A stretch of 40,068 bases of DNA, taken from positions 1 through 40,068 of the forward strand of contig JACDCH010000199.1 in the NCBI GenBank assembly GCA_013694495.1. The letters are read 5' to 3'. The notes beneath the pieces are model-generated. The model was not told the origin of the DNA. It searched no databases and saw nothing but the letters and a program-made list of their open reading frames with translations. The DNA comes from Acidimicrobiia bacterium (GTDB taxonomy: Bacteria; Actinomycetota; Acidimicrobiia; Acidimicrobiales; JACDCH01). Made by a program: the position numbers and the translations under genes. This document shows, in pieces, positions 15,660 through 25,184 of the stretch (position 1 is the stretch's first letter; every line of letters begins with the position of its first letter).

Positions 15660-16864
15660 GCGCCACGAGCAATGGAGGAGAACGTTCGATCTCGCTCGCC
15701 GAGCTCACGCAGCCCGTAGGTCGCGCTGACCCTCAGAAGACTCCCGACAGGACCTTCTCGTATATCGACATATCAGCGATCGATTCGGAGACGAAGCGCG
15801 TAATCAGTCCGCAGCGAATTCTTGGAATCGATGCGCCAAGCCGAGCGCGTCAAAGCGTGCGGGCAGGCGACATTCTGGTCTCGACGGTTCGACCGAACCT
15901 CAACGCTGTCGCGCTACTCGACGAATCGCACGAGGGGTCGGTGGCTTCGACCGGCTTCTGTGTGCTCCGTCCAGATCCTGGAGTCCTAGACGCCGACTAC
16001 GCCTTCCACTGGGTACGCACCGCTCAGTTCGTCGGTGAACTGATGCAGCACGCAACCGGCGCCAGCTACCCCGCCGTGACCGACAAGGTTGTGAGGCGCA
16101 CGGCTATCCGACTGCCATCGATCGGGGACCAGCGGCGGATTGCAGCGGTGCTGAACGCGGCCGATGCGCTCCGAGCCAAGCGCCGCGAGGCCGTTGCCGC
16201 GCTCGGCGGCCTCACCCAGGCGATCTTCATAGACATGTTCGGCGATCCGATGACCAACTCTAAGGGCTGGCCAGAGAATCGGACGCTGGCGGCGATCGCA
16301 GATGTCGCCTCGGGCATTACCAAGGGTCGGAGGGCATGGGACGAGCCTTTGATCGAGGTGCCTTACCTAGCGGTGGTCAATGTTCAGGACGGGCACATCC
16401 GGCTCGACCCCGTGAAGACGATTGATGTCACGGCAGCGGAGCTCGATCGATACGCGCTTGAGCGGGGCGACATACTTCTCACTGAGGGAGGCGATCCAGA
16501 CAAGCTGGGGCGCGGCGCAGTGTGGGGTGGCGAGATTGAGCCGTGCATTCACCAGAACCACATCTTTCGGGTTCGGATCACCGATGAGTCGATGTCGCCC
16601 GAGTACGTGAGCCGACTCCTCGGCAGTCAGCGCGGCAAGCGCTACTTCCTCCGCATGGCGAAGCAGACCACCGGCATCGCATCCATCAACATGACGCAGC
16701 TGAAGTCGTTCCCCGTCCTCGAACCGCCTCGTGAACTCCAGGCGGAGTTCATCCGCCGGGCAGCCACGGTTGCCGCCGCGGTTGAACGAAGTGGTGATTC
16801 CCAGAGGGCGCTCGACACCCTCTTCGCCTCCCTCCAGCAGCGAGCATTCCGAGGCGACCTCTGA
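15653..16864 (+). CDS. hsdS: Type I restriction-modification specificity subunit
   Basis: Two TRDs with conserved helices LPSIGDQRRIAAVL...QAIFIDMFGDP and PPRELQAEF...SLQQRAFRGDL. Confidence 0.95.
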   Translation: MVSATSNGGERSISLAELTQPVGRADPQKTPDRTFSYIDISAIDSETKRVISPQRILGIDAPSRARQSVRAGDILVSTVRPNLNAVALLDESHEGSVASTGFCVLRPDPGVLDADYAFHWVRTAQFVGELMQHATGASYPAVTDKVVRRTAIRLPSIGDQRRIAAVLNAADALRAKRREAVAALGGLTQAIFIDMFGDPMTNSKGWPENRTLAAIADVASGITKGRRAWDEPLIEVPYLAVVNVQDGHIRLDPVKTIDVTAAELDRYALERGDILLTEGGDPDKLGRGAVWGGEIEPCIHQNHIFRVRITDESMSPEYVSRLLGSQRGKRYFLRMAKQTTGIASINMTQLKSFPVLEPPRELQAEFIRRAATVAAAVERSGDSQRALDTLFASLQQRAFRGDL

Positions 16865-19800
16865 TGGCGTCGCAGTTCGCCTTCCTGGAAGCAGAGTTCG
16901 GTGACTTCTATGACCTGTCGGGGAAGGCCGAGTCGTACTGCCTGGGCGATCCAACAGCCGGGATGATCTACGCCCGCAAGGCGCTCGAATCCATGGTCAC
17001 ATGGGCGTTCGAGTTCGACAAGGCATTCACGCTGCCGTTCGAGGCCAACCTCAACGCCTACCTGCACGAGCCGTCCTTCAAGAACCTGCACAGCGGCAAC
17101 CTGTTCAAGGCCGCCCGGAAGATTCAGCAGGTGGGGAACCGGGCGGCGCACGACACCAAGCCTCCGTCGCGTACCGATGCGGTCGAGGTGCTCTCGGCGC
17201 TGTTCAAGATCAGCATGTGGTTCGGGCACCGCTACGGCCGCACCTCCAAGCCCGACCTGTCGACGAGATTCGACCCGAACCTGCTGCCCGACACCCCGGA
17301 GGCGGCGCGCCGCACCCGCAAGGAGCGCGAGGAGCTCGAACAGCGTCTCGACGACGAGGTCGCGCTAGCCGCCGAGGCCAAGGCCGCGCTGGCCGCAGCC
17401 GAGCACAGCCTGGCCGAACTCGAGGCTTCCCATGCAGCGCTCGTCGCTCAGGTCGCGGCGGCGAAGAAGGCGGCTGAGCAAACCGTTCCCGACGAAGCGT
17501 TCGACTGGTCCGAGCACGAGACCCGGCAGTGGAAGATCGACCACCTCCTGGCCGAGGCCGGCTGGAACGTCGACGCACCGAACGTCCGGGAGTTCGAGGT
17601 CACCGGGATGCCGACCGAGTCCGGCCTTGGGTACGTCGACTACGTGCTGTGGGGTGACGATGGTCTGCCCCTCGGCGTCGTCGAGGCGAAGAAGACGCTG
17701 AAGTCACCCGACGTCGGCCAGCAGCAGGCGAAGCTCTATGCCGACTGCCTGGAGCAGATGTTCGGACAGCGACCGCTCATCTTCGCCACCAACGGCTACG
17801 AGCATTGGATCTGGGACGACACCCGCTACCCGAAGCGGTCGGTACAGGGATTCTGGACCGAGGACGAGCTCGCTCTGGCGATCCAGCGCCGCTCGAACCG
17901 CAAGCCGCTGTCCTCGTTGAGCGTGAACACCGCCATCGCCGGGCGTCCGTACCAAGAGCGGGCCATCCGCTCCATCGCCGAGCACTTCGACGACGACAAC
18001 CAGCGCAAGGCGCTGCTGGTCATGGCGACCGGCTCGGGCAAGACCCGCACGACCATCGCACTGGTCGACCTGTTGATGCGGGCCAACTGGGTCAAGCGGG
18101 TCCTGTTCCTTGCCGACCGCACCGCCCTGGTGAACCAGGCGGTCAACGCCTTCAAGGCCCACCTGCCCGACTCGTCGCCGGTCAACCTCGTGACCGAACC
18201 GAACGAGGAGGGCCGCGTCTACGTGTCGACGTACCAGACGATGGTCGGCAAGATCGACGAGTTCGTCGGCGATGGCACCCGGCGCTTCGGCGTCGGGCAC
18301 TTCGACCTGGTGATCATCGACGAGGCCCACCGGTCCGTGTACCGCAAGTACCGGGGCATCTTCGAGTACTTCGACTCGCTCCTCGTCGGACTCACCGCCA
18401 CGCCGCGCGAGGAGGTCGACAAGAACACCTATGAGCTGTTCGACCTCGCGCCGGGCATGCCGACCGATGAGTACTCGCTCGACGACGCCATCGACGACGG
18501 CTACCTCGTCCCGCCGAAGGCCCTGTCGATCGCACTCGGGTTCGTGCGCGAGGGGATTCGCTACGACGAACTCTCCGAGGACGAGAAGGACCAGTGGGAC
18601 GAGATCGACTGGGGCGAGGACGAGGAGGGCAACCCGCTCGACCCGCCCGACGATGTCTCGGCGGCCGCGGTCAACAAGTTCCTCTTCAACACCGACACCG
18701 TCGACAAGGTGCTCGCGCACCTCATGACCGACGGGATCAGGGTCGCTGGTGGCGACCGGCTCGGCAAGACGATCATCTTCGCCAAGAACCAGCGCCACGC
18801 CGACTTCATCGGAGAGCGCTTCGATGCCAACTATCCCCAGTACAAGGGCGGGTTCGCTCGCGTCATCACCCACTCGGTCAACTACGGCCAGAGCCTCATC
18901 GACGCCTTCTCGATCGCCGAGAAGGTGCCGCACCTCGCCATCTCGGTGGACATGCTCGACACCGGCATCGACGTGCCCGAGGTCGTCAACCTCGTGTTCT
19001 TCAAGCTCGTGCGCTCCAAGACCAAGTTCTGGCAGATGCTCGGCCGCGGCACCCGGCTCTGTGAGGACCTGTTCGGCCCCGGCGACCACAAGACCGAGTT
19101 CAAGGTCTTCGACTTCTGCCAGAACCTCGAGTACTTCAGCCAGAACATCGCTCCTGCCGAGGCCGCCAGCGGTCCACCGTTGAAGGAAGAGATCTTCACG
19201 GCACGCCTCGATCTGATCAAGGCCTTCGACACCCTCAAGATCGATCGTCCGGCGCGCGACTTCGTCGTCGGAGACCTCGTCATCACTATCGACTCGATGA
19301 ACACGAACAACTTCCTCGTGCGGCCCCACGCCGAGCTCGTCGAACGGTTCAAGGACCCAGGCGCTTGGCAGGTTCTCACAGTCACCGACGTCGCCGACCT
19401 CGCCAACCGGGTGGCCAAGCTCCCCGACCAGCTCGATCCCGAGCACGTGGACGCCAAGCGCTTCGACGTCCTCGTGCTCAACTGCCAGCTCGGGCTCCTC
19501 AACGGCCTGCCGTACGAGCAACTCCGGCGCCGCATCGTCGACATCGCCAGTGCCCTCGAAGACCAGCAGACCATCCCTGCCATCGCGGAACAGCTCGAAC
19601 TCATCCAGGCGGTCCAAGCCGACGAGTGGTGGGTCGACGCCACCTACTCGATGCTCGAAGAGGTTCGACGCAAGCTCCGCCTGTTGGTCCCACTCATCGA
19701 GCGCTCGAAGAAGCACATCATCTACACGAAGCTCACGGACACCATGGGCGACGCCACTGAGATCGATCTCCCCGGCACCGCCTCGGACTTCGCTCAGTTC

Positions 19801-20274
19801 CGGCGCAAGGCAGAAGCGTTCCTCAAGGACCACCTCGGCGAAGAGATCGTCGCCAAGGTCCGAAGCGGCGCACCTCTCACGGCGGCCGACATCGACGAGC
19901 TCCAGCGCATCCTCGTCGCCGCCGGAGTCGGCAACGACGACACCTTCGCCGAAGCCTCTACCAAGGCTGGCAGCTTCGGGCTGTTCATCCGCTCGATCGT
20001 CGGCCTCGACCGCGCCGCCGCCAAGGCCGCCTTCGCCGACTTCCTCGACGACAAGCGCTACACCGCCAACCAGATCCGCTTCGTCACCCTGATCATCGAC
20101 GAGTTCACAGCCCGAGGCGTCGTCGACGCCCGGCGGATCTACGAGTCGCCGTACGACGGGCTCGCTCCAGAGGGACCTGAGGATCTGTTCAGCGAGCAGG
20201 ACCTCGACCGACTCTTCGCCTCTCTTCGCACGCTGACCGAGAACGCATCTGCCGACCTGGAGACCGACGCATGA
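16864..20274 (+). CDS. hsdR: Type I restriction endonuclease R subunit (DUF4145 N-term, EcoEI-like C-term)
   Basis: YVDYVL...VVEAKK nuclease, MATGSGKT, DEAH, TAT, MLDTGIDVP, FWQMLGRGTR; TGATG coupling. Confidence 0.97.
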   Translation: MASQFAFLEAEFGDFYDLSGKAESYCLGDPTAGMIYARKALESMVTWAFEFDKAFTLPFEANLNAYLHEPSFKNLHSGNLFKAARKIQQVGNRAAHDTKPPSRTDAVEVLSALFKISMWFGHRYGRTSKPDLSTRFDPNLLPDTPEAARRTRKEREELEQRLDDEVALAAEAKAALAAAEHSLAELEASHAALVAQVAAAKKAAEQTVPDEAFDWSEHETRQWKIDHLLAEAGWNVDAPNVREFEVTGMPTESGLGYVDYVLWGDDGLPLGVVEAKKTLKSPDVGQQQAKLYADCLEQMFGQRPLIFATNGYEHWIWDDTRYPKRSVQGFWTEDELALAIQRRSNRKPLSSLSVNTAIAGRPYQERAIRSIAEHFDDDNQRKALLVMATGSGKTRTTIALVDLLMRANWVKRVLFLADRTALVNQAVNAFKAHLPDSSPVNLVTEPNEEGRVYVSTYQTMVGKIDEFVGDGTRRFGVGHFDLVIIDEAHRSVYRKYRGIFEYFDSLLVGLTATPREEVDKNTYELFDLAPGMPTDEYSLDDAIDDGYLVPPKALSIALGFVREGIRYDELSEDEKDQWDEIDWGEDEEGNPLDPPDDVSAAAVNKFLFNTDTVDKVLAHLMTDGIRVAGGDRLGKTIIFAKNQRHADFIGERFDANYPQYKGGFARVITHSVNYGQSLIDAFSIAEKVPHLAISVDMLDTGIDVPEVVNLVFFKLVRSKTKFWQMLGRGTRLCEDLFGPGDHKTEFKVFDFCQNLEYFSQNIAPAEAASGPPLKEEIFTARLDLIKAFDTLKIDRPARDFVVGDLVITIDSMNTNNFLVRPHAELVERFKDPGAWQVLTVTDVADLANRVAKLPDQLDPEHVDAKRFDVLVLNCQLGLLNGLPYEQLRRRIVDIASALEDQQTIPAIAEQLELIQAVQADEWWVDATYSMLEEVRRKLRLLVPLIERSKKHIIYTKLTDTMGDATEIDLPGTASDFAQFRRKAEAFLKDHLGEEIVAKVRSGAPLTAADIDELQRILVAAGVGNDDTFAEASTKAGSFGLFIRSIVGLDRAAAKAAFADFLDDKRYTANQIRFVTLIIDEFTARGVVDARRIYESPYDGLAPEGPEDLFSEQDLDRLFASLRTLTENASADLETDA

Positions 20275-22550
20275 GCACCCAGCGCTTCTCGCATACCCAG
20301 TACCCGATCAACTCGCTGGTCGAGCAGATCGACAGCGGCGAGCTGAGCCTGCCCGACCTCCAGCGACCGTTCGTCTGGAACCGGTCGCGTGTCCGCGACC
20401 TCTTCGACTCGCTCTACCACGGCTATCCCGCCGGGTACTTCCTGTTCTGGTCGACGCCTGCGGCGGTCGACAGCCACTCGGTGGCGACGTCGGGCGGCAA
20501 GTCACAAGTCCTCAAGATGATCGTGGATGGCCAGCAGCGGTTGACCAGTCTCTACGCGGTCCTGAAGGCCAAGGACGTGGTGACCGAGGACAACGAACTC
20601 CAACAGATGCGGATCTCGTTCAACCCGTTCACCGAGGAGTTCGCCGTCGCAGACGCGGCCCGTGCCAACGATCCTGAGTGGCTCACGAGCATCTCCGAGA
20701 TCTGGAACTCGCCGAAGGGCGAATACGGATTCATCAGCTCCTTCATCAAGGGCGTTCGTGAGAACCGCGGCCTCACCGATGACGAAGAACAGCTCGTCGG
20801 TGAGCGACTCGGGCACCTCGCCGGGCTGAAGAACTACCAGTTCTCTGCGCTCGAACTCTCGGCCGACCTCGACATTGATGACGTCGCCGAAGTGTTCGTG
20901 CGGATCAACTCGGCGGGCATCGATCTGAATAGCGCCGACTTCATTCTCACTCTGATGTCGGTCCACGTGAAGGAGGCTCGCCACGAACTCGAGGACTTTG
21001 CCCGCGAAGCCAAGATCCCGTCGACGAAGGGCGCATCGCCGTACAACCACTTCCATTCGCCGTCGCCCGACCAACTCCTCCGCGTCGCGGTCGGCCTCGG
21101 CCTGAAGCGTGGGGTGCTCCAGAACGCGTACCAGGCGCTGCGGGGCCGTGATCCGAAGACCAAGGAGGTGTCGGAGGCGCTGAGGGACGAGCAATTCGCC
21201 AAGCTGCTCGCCGCCCAAGAGCACGTGCTAGACCTCACCAACTGGGCCGACTACATGATCGCGGTGAAGCGGGCCGGCTACCGATCCGGCGACATGCTCA
21301 CCTCCAAGAACAACTTCCTGTACTGCTACCTGTTCTTCCTCATGGGCCGTCACGAGTACGGCGTCGGCAAGAGCGAACTGCGCGAGGCGATCGCCCGTTG
21401 GTTCTTCATGGCGTCGCTCACCGGTCGGTATACCGGAAGCCCCGAGACGATCCTCGAGGCCGACCTACGACGGTTCTCCGATGCGGAGACCGCCGATGAC
21501 TTCGTCTCCGTCCTCGACGGAGTCATTGACACTCAACTCACGTCCGACTTCTGGAGCGTGACGCTGCCGGACCTGCTGGATTCGTCCGCAGCGTGGAGCC
21601 CCTACCTGTTCGGGTACTACGCCAGTCTCAACCTGCTCGAGGCCAGGGCCCTGTTCTCGAACATGAAGATCAACGAGCTGTTCGACCCCGGCGTCAAGCA
21701 GACCAAGAGCCCCGTCGAGCGACACCACCTCTTCCCGAAGGCCTACCTCTCGTCGATTGGCATCACCGGGACCACGCGCACGAACCAGATCTGCAACTTC
21801 GCGTTCGTCGAGTGGGCCGACAACATCGCCATCTCGGACACGAAGCCGGCCGAGTACTTCCCGGAGTACTTCGCCAAGCTGCCACCGAGCGACCAGGAGC
21901 AGGCCCGGTTCTGGCACGCCCTTCCTCCCGGGTGGGAAGACATGGAGTACTTCGAGTTCCTCCGGGAGCGCCGGAAGCGGATGGCCAAGGTTGTCGAGAA
22001 GGGATTCGAGCGGCTCCGGTCCGGTGTCCCGCACGAGACGAAGCCGCACGAAGCGGCGCTCCCGACGGTCTCGGACCTCCTCCGGCACATGGAGACCAAC
22101 CGGGTCGAGTTCAAGCGGTCGGCGCGCGCTTCGCTCGAGAACGACGCCCCCGAGAAGGTCATCAACGAGGGCGTCGTCAAGACCGTCGCTGCGTTCCTGA
22201 ACTCGTCGGGCGGGACACTCGCAATCGGCATCACTGACGACGGCGACATCTGCGGCATCCAGCCCGACCTCGACTACAAGCACCAAGACCTCGACGGCTA
22301 CCAGAACTGGCTGACGACGCTCCTCGTCAACAGCATCGGCGGGGGTGCGGTCGGGGCGCACGCCGGAATCCGTCTCGAGCCGGTGGGCTCCGAGGTCGTC
22401 TGCCTCGTCGATGTCTCGCCGTCGCCCGTTCCGGTCTACGCGAAGACCACGAAGGGCGACGTCTGCTTCTACGTCCGCATGAACAACACGACGAGGATGC
22501 TGGAGGGCCCTGACCTCCCCGCCTACATCGACGGCCACTGGAAGAAGTAG
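20271..22550 (+). CDS. GmrSD-type (DUF262 + HNH-like) nuclease fused to C-terminal Schlafen/AlbA_2 domain
   Basis: LQRPFVW, IVDGQQRLTSL, FVRINS (GmrS); ERHHLFPKAYL...NQICNF...NIAISD (GmrD HNH); ETNRVEFKRS...KTVAAFLNSSGGTLAIGITDDG (AlbA_2). Confidence 0.88.
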   Translation: MSTQRFSHTQYPINSLVEQIDSGELSLPDLQRPFVWNRSRVRDLFDSLYHGYPAGYFLFWSTPAAVDSHSVATSGGKSQVLKMIVDGQQRLTSLYAVLKAKDVVTEDNELQQMRISFNPFTEEFAVADAARANDPEWLTSISEIWNSPKGEYGFISSFIKGVRENRGLTDDEEQLVGERLGHLAGLKNYQFSALELSADLDIDDVAEVFVRINSAGIDLNSADFILTLMSVHVKEARHELEDFAREAKIPSTKGASPYNHFHSPSPDQLLRVAVGLGLKRGVLQNAYQALRGRDPKTKEVSEALRDEQFAKLLAAQEHVLDLTNWADYMIAVKRAGYRSGDMLTSKNNFLYCYLFFLMGRHEYGVGKSELREAIARWFFMASLTGRYTGSPETILEADLRRFSDAETADDFVSVLDGVIDTQLTSDFWSVTLPDLLDSSAAWSPYLFGYYASLNLLEARALFSNMKINELFDPGVKQTKSPVERHHLFPKAYLSSIGITGTTRTNQICNFAFVEWADNIAISDTKPAEYFPEYFAKLPPSDQEQARFWHALPPGWEDMEYFEFLRERRKRMAKVVEKGFERLRSGVPHETKPHEAALPTVSDLLRHMETNRVEFKRSARASLENDAPEKVINEGVVKTVAAFLNSSGGTLAIGITDDGDICGIQPDLDYKHQDLDGYQNWLTTLLVNSIGGGAVGAHAGIRLEPVGSEVVCLVDVSPSPVPVYAKTTKGDVCFYVRMNNTTRMLEGPDLPAYIDGHWKK

Positions 22551-22560
22551 GCGCCGGACC

Positions 22561-23307
22561 GTGTCCCATCCGCTCGCCACCTCGGTCGACTGGTTCGAGG
22601 AGGGCCAGTGGCCGGCGCTCAGGTGCGGATTGTGCGGACGTGGACGGCTGAGTGTTGAGGGGGATGAACGGACCAGCGAGGACGGACAGTCCGAACGCCT
22701 ACATAGCCACGAAGCCTGGGAGCCGGAATGGATCTCCGGGACGTTCTCAGCGACTCTGCAATGCACCGACCCCGAGTGCGCCGATCGCGCTGAGTGTGTG
22801 GGCGAATGGCGCGTTGACTACGCATCTCGGAGCCGGCACGGCGAGCAGTACGCGAACCATTTCAAGATTCGAGCCGTGTGGCCCTCGCCGGTGCTGATCG
22901 ACCTTCCGGACGGCACGCCGGACCAGGTCCGGGACTTGGTGAAGTCGGCTGCGGCAATCCTTTGGCTCGATCCAAGCTCAGCGGCGAACCGGCTGCGCAC
23001 CAGCATCGAGCACCTCCTGACCGCCCAGCACGTAAACCGTCAGAAGCGGGCCCCGAACAAGAAGCTTCACAAGCACAGCCTTCACGAACGCATCGATCTA
23101 TTTCGAGCGAGGCGTCCGGATGTGGCCGAGCAACTTGAGGCGGTGAAGTGGATCGGCAACGAAGGCAGTCACGAGGAGGGCCTGTCAGTCGACCAGGTTC
23201 TGGCCGGGGCGGAGCACCTCGAACACGCGTTGGACCTTCTGTACGACCCCGCACCGGCGACTCTCAAAGCGCGCGCTCGGAAGATCAACAAGCGGCGCGG
23301 TCTCTGA
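22561..23307 (+). CDS. DUF4145 (HEPN superfamily) protein with Cys-rich N-terminus
   Basis: CGLC and CTDPEC; SAANRLRTSIE...SLHERI...AVKWIGNEGSH. Confidence 0.85.
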   Translation: MSHPLATSVDWFEEGQWPALRCGLCGRGRLSVEGDERTSEDGQSERLHSHEAWEPEWISGTFSATLQCTDPECADRAECVGEWRVDYASRSRHGEQYANHFKIRAVWPSPVLIDLPDGTPDQVRDLVKSAAAILWLDPSSAANRLRTSIEHLLTAQHVNRQKRAPNKKLHKHSLHERIDLFRARRPDVAEQLEAVKWIGNEGSHEEGLSVDQVLAGAEHLEHALDLLYDPAPATLKARARKINKRRGL

Positions 23308-23321
23308 CCAGCAGGGGTGGG

Positions 23322-23367
23322 CGATCTCTACCGGATCTCTACCGGACGGGTAGACATCGGGTAGATC
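23322..23367. repeat. Arm-type repeats: two direct and two inverted copies
   Basis: (GATCTCTACCG)x2, then GGTAGACATC (23349-23358) and GGTAGATC (23360-23367), degenerate reverse complements. Confidence 0.78.
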
Positions 23368-23462
23368 TGGGCAACACCGTTCAGCACGCCTAACACACGA
23401 ATGCCCTGTTCAGAGGCACTTTTTGGCATCGTCCAACACCGTCCGAAAGGGCGCTGTTCACA

Positions 23463-23484
23463 GTTCAAGTCCCCCCTCGCCCAC
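23463..23484 (+). repeat. att core 2 (right end of element 1 / left end of element 2)
   Basis: Identical to 551-572. Confidence 0.95.
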
Positions 23485-23554
23485 TCAGGACGGGGTATCT
23501 GTCCCGGGAACCGAAGGCGACGACGACGGGCTGAGCGTCGCGGACGGTGGGTCG

Positions 23555-23927
23555 ATGACCGACCCACGCACGGAGTACCGCCCTCCACCACCTCCCCGTC
23601 GACGACCCCCCATCGAGCCGGTGGTCCTGGGCTGTCGTCACTCCCGATCCGAGCGGCCGGGTCCAGCTCCCCGCCGCCGCAATCGAGGTCCTCGGCGCCG
23701 GGCCCGCCCGCGCCCGCATGGCCGGCGGTGTGCTCGTCCTGCGCCAGGTGGATGGACCGGGACGTCGGCTCGGGATCGACCGTCGCGGTCGGTGCTACCG
23801 GCCCGCCTGGCTCCGCCGACCAGCGGTTCTCGTCGCCACCGATGCAGCCGCGGCCGTCGTCCTCGTCGCCGACGCTGCGGTTCTCGGTCCGATCGGCGAG
23901 CAGTTGGCTCGGGCGGCCCGGACATGA
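23555..23927 (+). pseudogene. MraZ/AbrB-like double-domain protein, frameshifted near the 5' end (decay or sequencing error)
   Basis: The 23718 frame extends upstream as SSRWSWAVVTPDPSGRVQLP...GIDRRGRCYRPAWLRR; ATG 23555 (MTDPRT) matches the paralog start MNRPRT but is out of frame; stop overlaps the recombinase ATG. Confidence 0.7.
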
Positions 23928-24949
23928 ACGCCCGGCACCTTCGGGCCCGGGCGCTGCTCGCCGAGGCCCACGAACTCGGCGTCGACCTCGCCGATCTCCT
24001 CGCCGCGGCCGAACCCGTCGACCTTCCCACCCTCGCCGGATGGATCACCGAGATCGAGACGACCTTCACCCCGTCGACGGCCCGGACCTACCGGCCCTAC
24101 TGGAACCTCGCTATCCGGATGCTGGGTGATCGACGCCTCGCCGAGCTCACCCCCGGCGACCTCGCCGCCGTCGTCCAGGCCGCCGGCGACCGGGCCCGGG
24201 CCAGCCGGCCCACCAGTAGCGGCCGGTCCGCCGAGGAGACCTGCGTCGCCGCCCTCCGAGCGCTCTGCGGCCGCGCCCTCGCCGCGGGACAACTCCGCGT
24301 CGACCCCGCCGCTACCCTCACCAAGCCCCGCAGGGCACGCAGCCGCCGACGGGCCCTCGACGACGCCGAGATCGCTGAGCTCGCCGACGCCGTGCGCCTC
24401 ACCAGCCGCGACCCGGCCCTCGACCTGCTCCTCGTCCGCTTCCACCTCGAGACCGGCGCCCGACGCCAGGGCGCGCTTCGCGTCGGGCCCGGTGATCTCG
24501 ACCGGCGGCGGTCCACGGTGTGGCTGCGCGAGAAGCACGGCGACCAACGCGAACAGCCCGCCTCGCCCTCACTCCTCGCCGCGCTCGACCGGCTGCATCG
24601 CGGCCGCACGACCGGCACTGACGACCGGCTGTTCATCGACCGCAGCGGGACAGCGATCACCGCCCGCCACTACGACCTGTTCTTCACCCGGGCGCGCTCG
24701 GTGCTCACCTGGGATCCCCGCACACCGGTCTCGGCCCACGTGCTCCGCCACACGGCCATCACCAACGTCGCCCGACTCGCCGGCTACGCCGTCGCCCAGA
24801 CTTTCGCCGGCCACACCCCACCCACCGTCACGGGCCGCTACATCCACGCCAGCCCTGCCGAGGTCGCAGCTGCGGTCGCCGCGCTCACCGGCGAACCCCA
24901 TCCGCTCGCGAGCGGTCCCGCGGCTCGCCGTCGGTGCGCTCGTGGGTAG
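23924..24949 (+). CDS. Tyrosine recombinase (341 aa)
   Basis: ETGARRQGAL (R), WLREK (K), SAHVLRHT (HxxR), FAGH, TGRYIH (Y); ATGA coupling. Confidence 0.92.
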   Translation: MNARHLRARALLAEAHELGVDLADLLAAAEPVDLPTLAGWITEIETTFTPSTARTYRPYWNLAIRMLGDRRLAELTPGDLAAVVQAAGDRARASRPTSSGRSAEETCVAALRALCGRALAAGQLRVDPAATLTKPRRARSRRRALDDAEIAELADAVRLTSRDPALDLLLVRFHLETGARRQGALRVGPGDLDRRRSTVWLREKHGDQREQPASPSLLAALDRLHRGRTTGTDDRLFIDRSGTAITARHYDLFFTRARSVLTWDPRTPVSAHVLRHTAITNVARLAGYAVAQTFAGHTPPTVTGRYIHASPAEVAAAVAALTGEPHPLASGPAARRRCARG

Positions 24950-25184
24950 CAACCCGGGACACACCGATCGACACGGACAGGCGATGCGCGACCGTCAGGG
25001 CACCGTCGGCGACTCGATCTCGAGCCAATCGAATGCCTCGCTGACCGCAGTCCGGTCGGTGCCGAACCTGGAGGCTCGATCCGGTGGCCGGCTCGGGACG
25101 TCGACTTGGGATCGACCGCCGTATCCGCTGCTCCCTGGCAGGCATGGCTCCGACCGGCGCCGGCCGGTTCCAGGGCTGAGCGGC

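Larger units (their letters stand above)
551..23484. mobile_element. Element 1: integrative mobilizable element / defence island in tRNA-Leu
   Basis: 22-bp direct repeat of the tRNA 3' end at both ends, matching arm-type repeats inside both ends, int/XRE/xis/MobF core, no T4SS or phage structural genes. Confidence 0.9.

Noticed and set aside
23423-23923. N-terminal extension of the 508-aa recombinase ORF
   Set aside because: It crosses the att core and the MraZ-like gene in another frame; paralog alignment supports ATG 23924. Track starts at 4953, 5178, 5807, 6057, 26573, 32836 and 38950 were trimmed for similar reasons.
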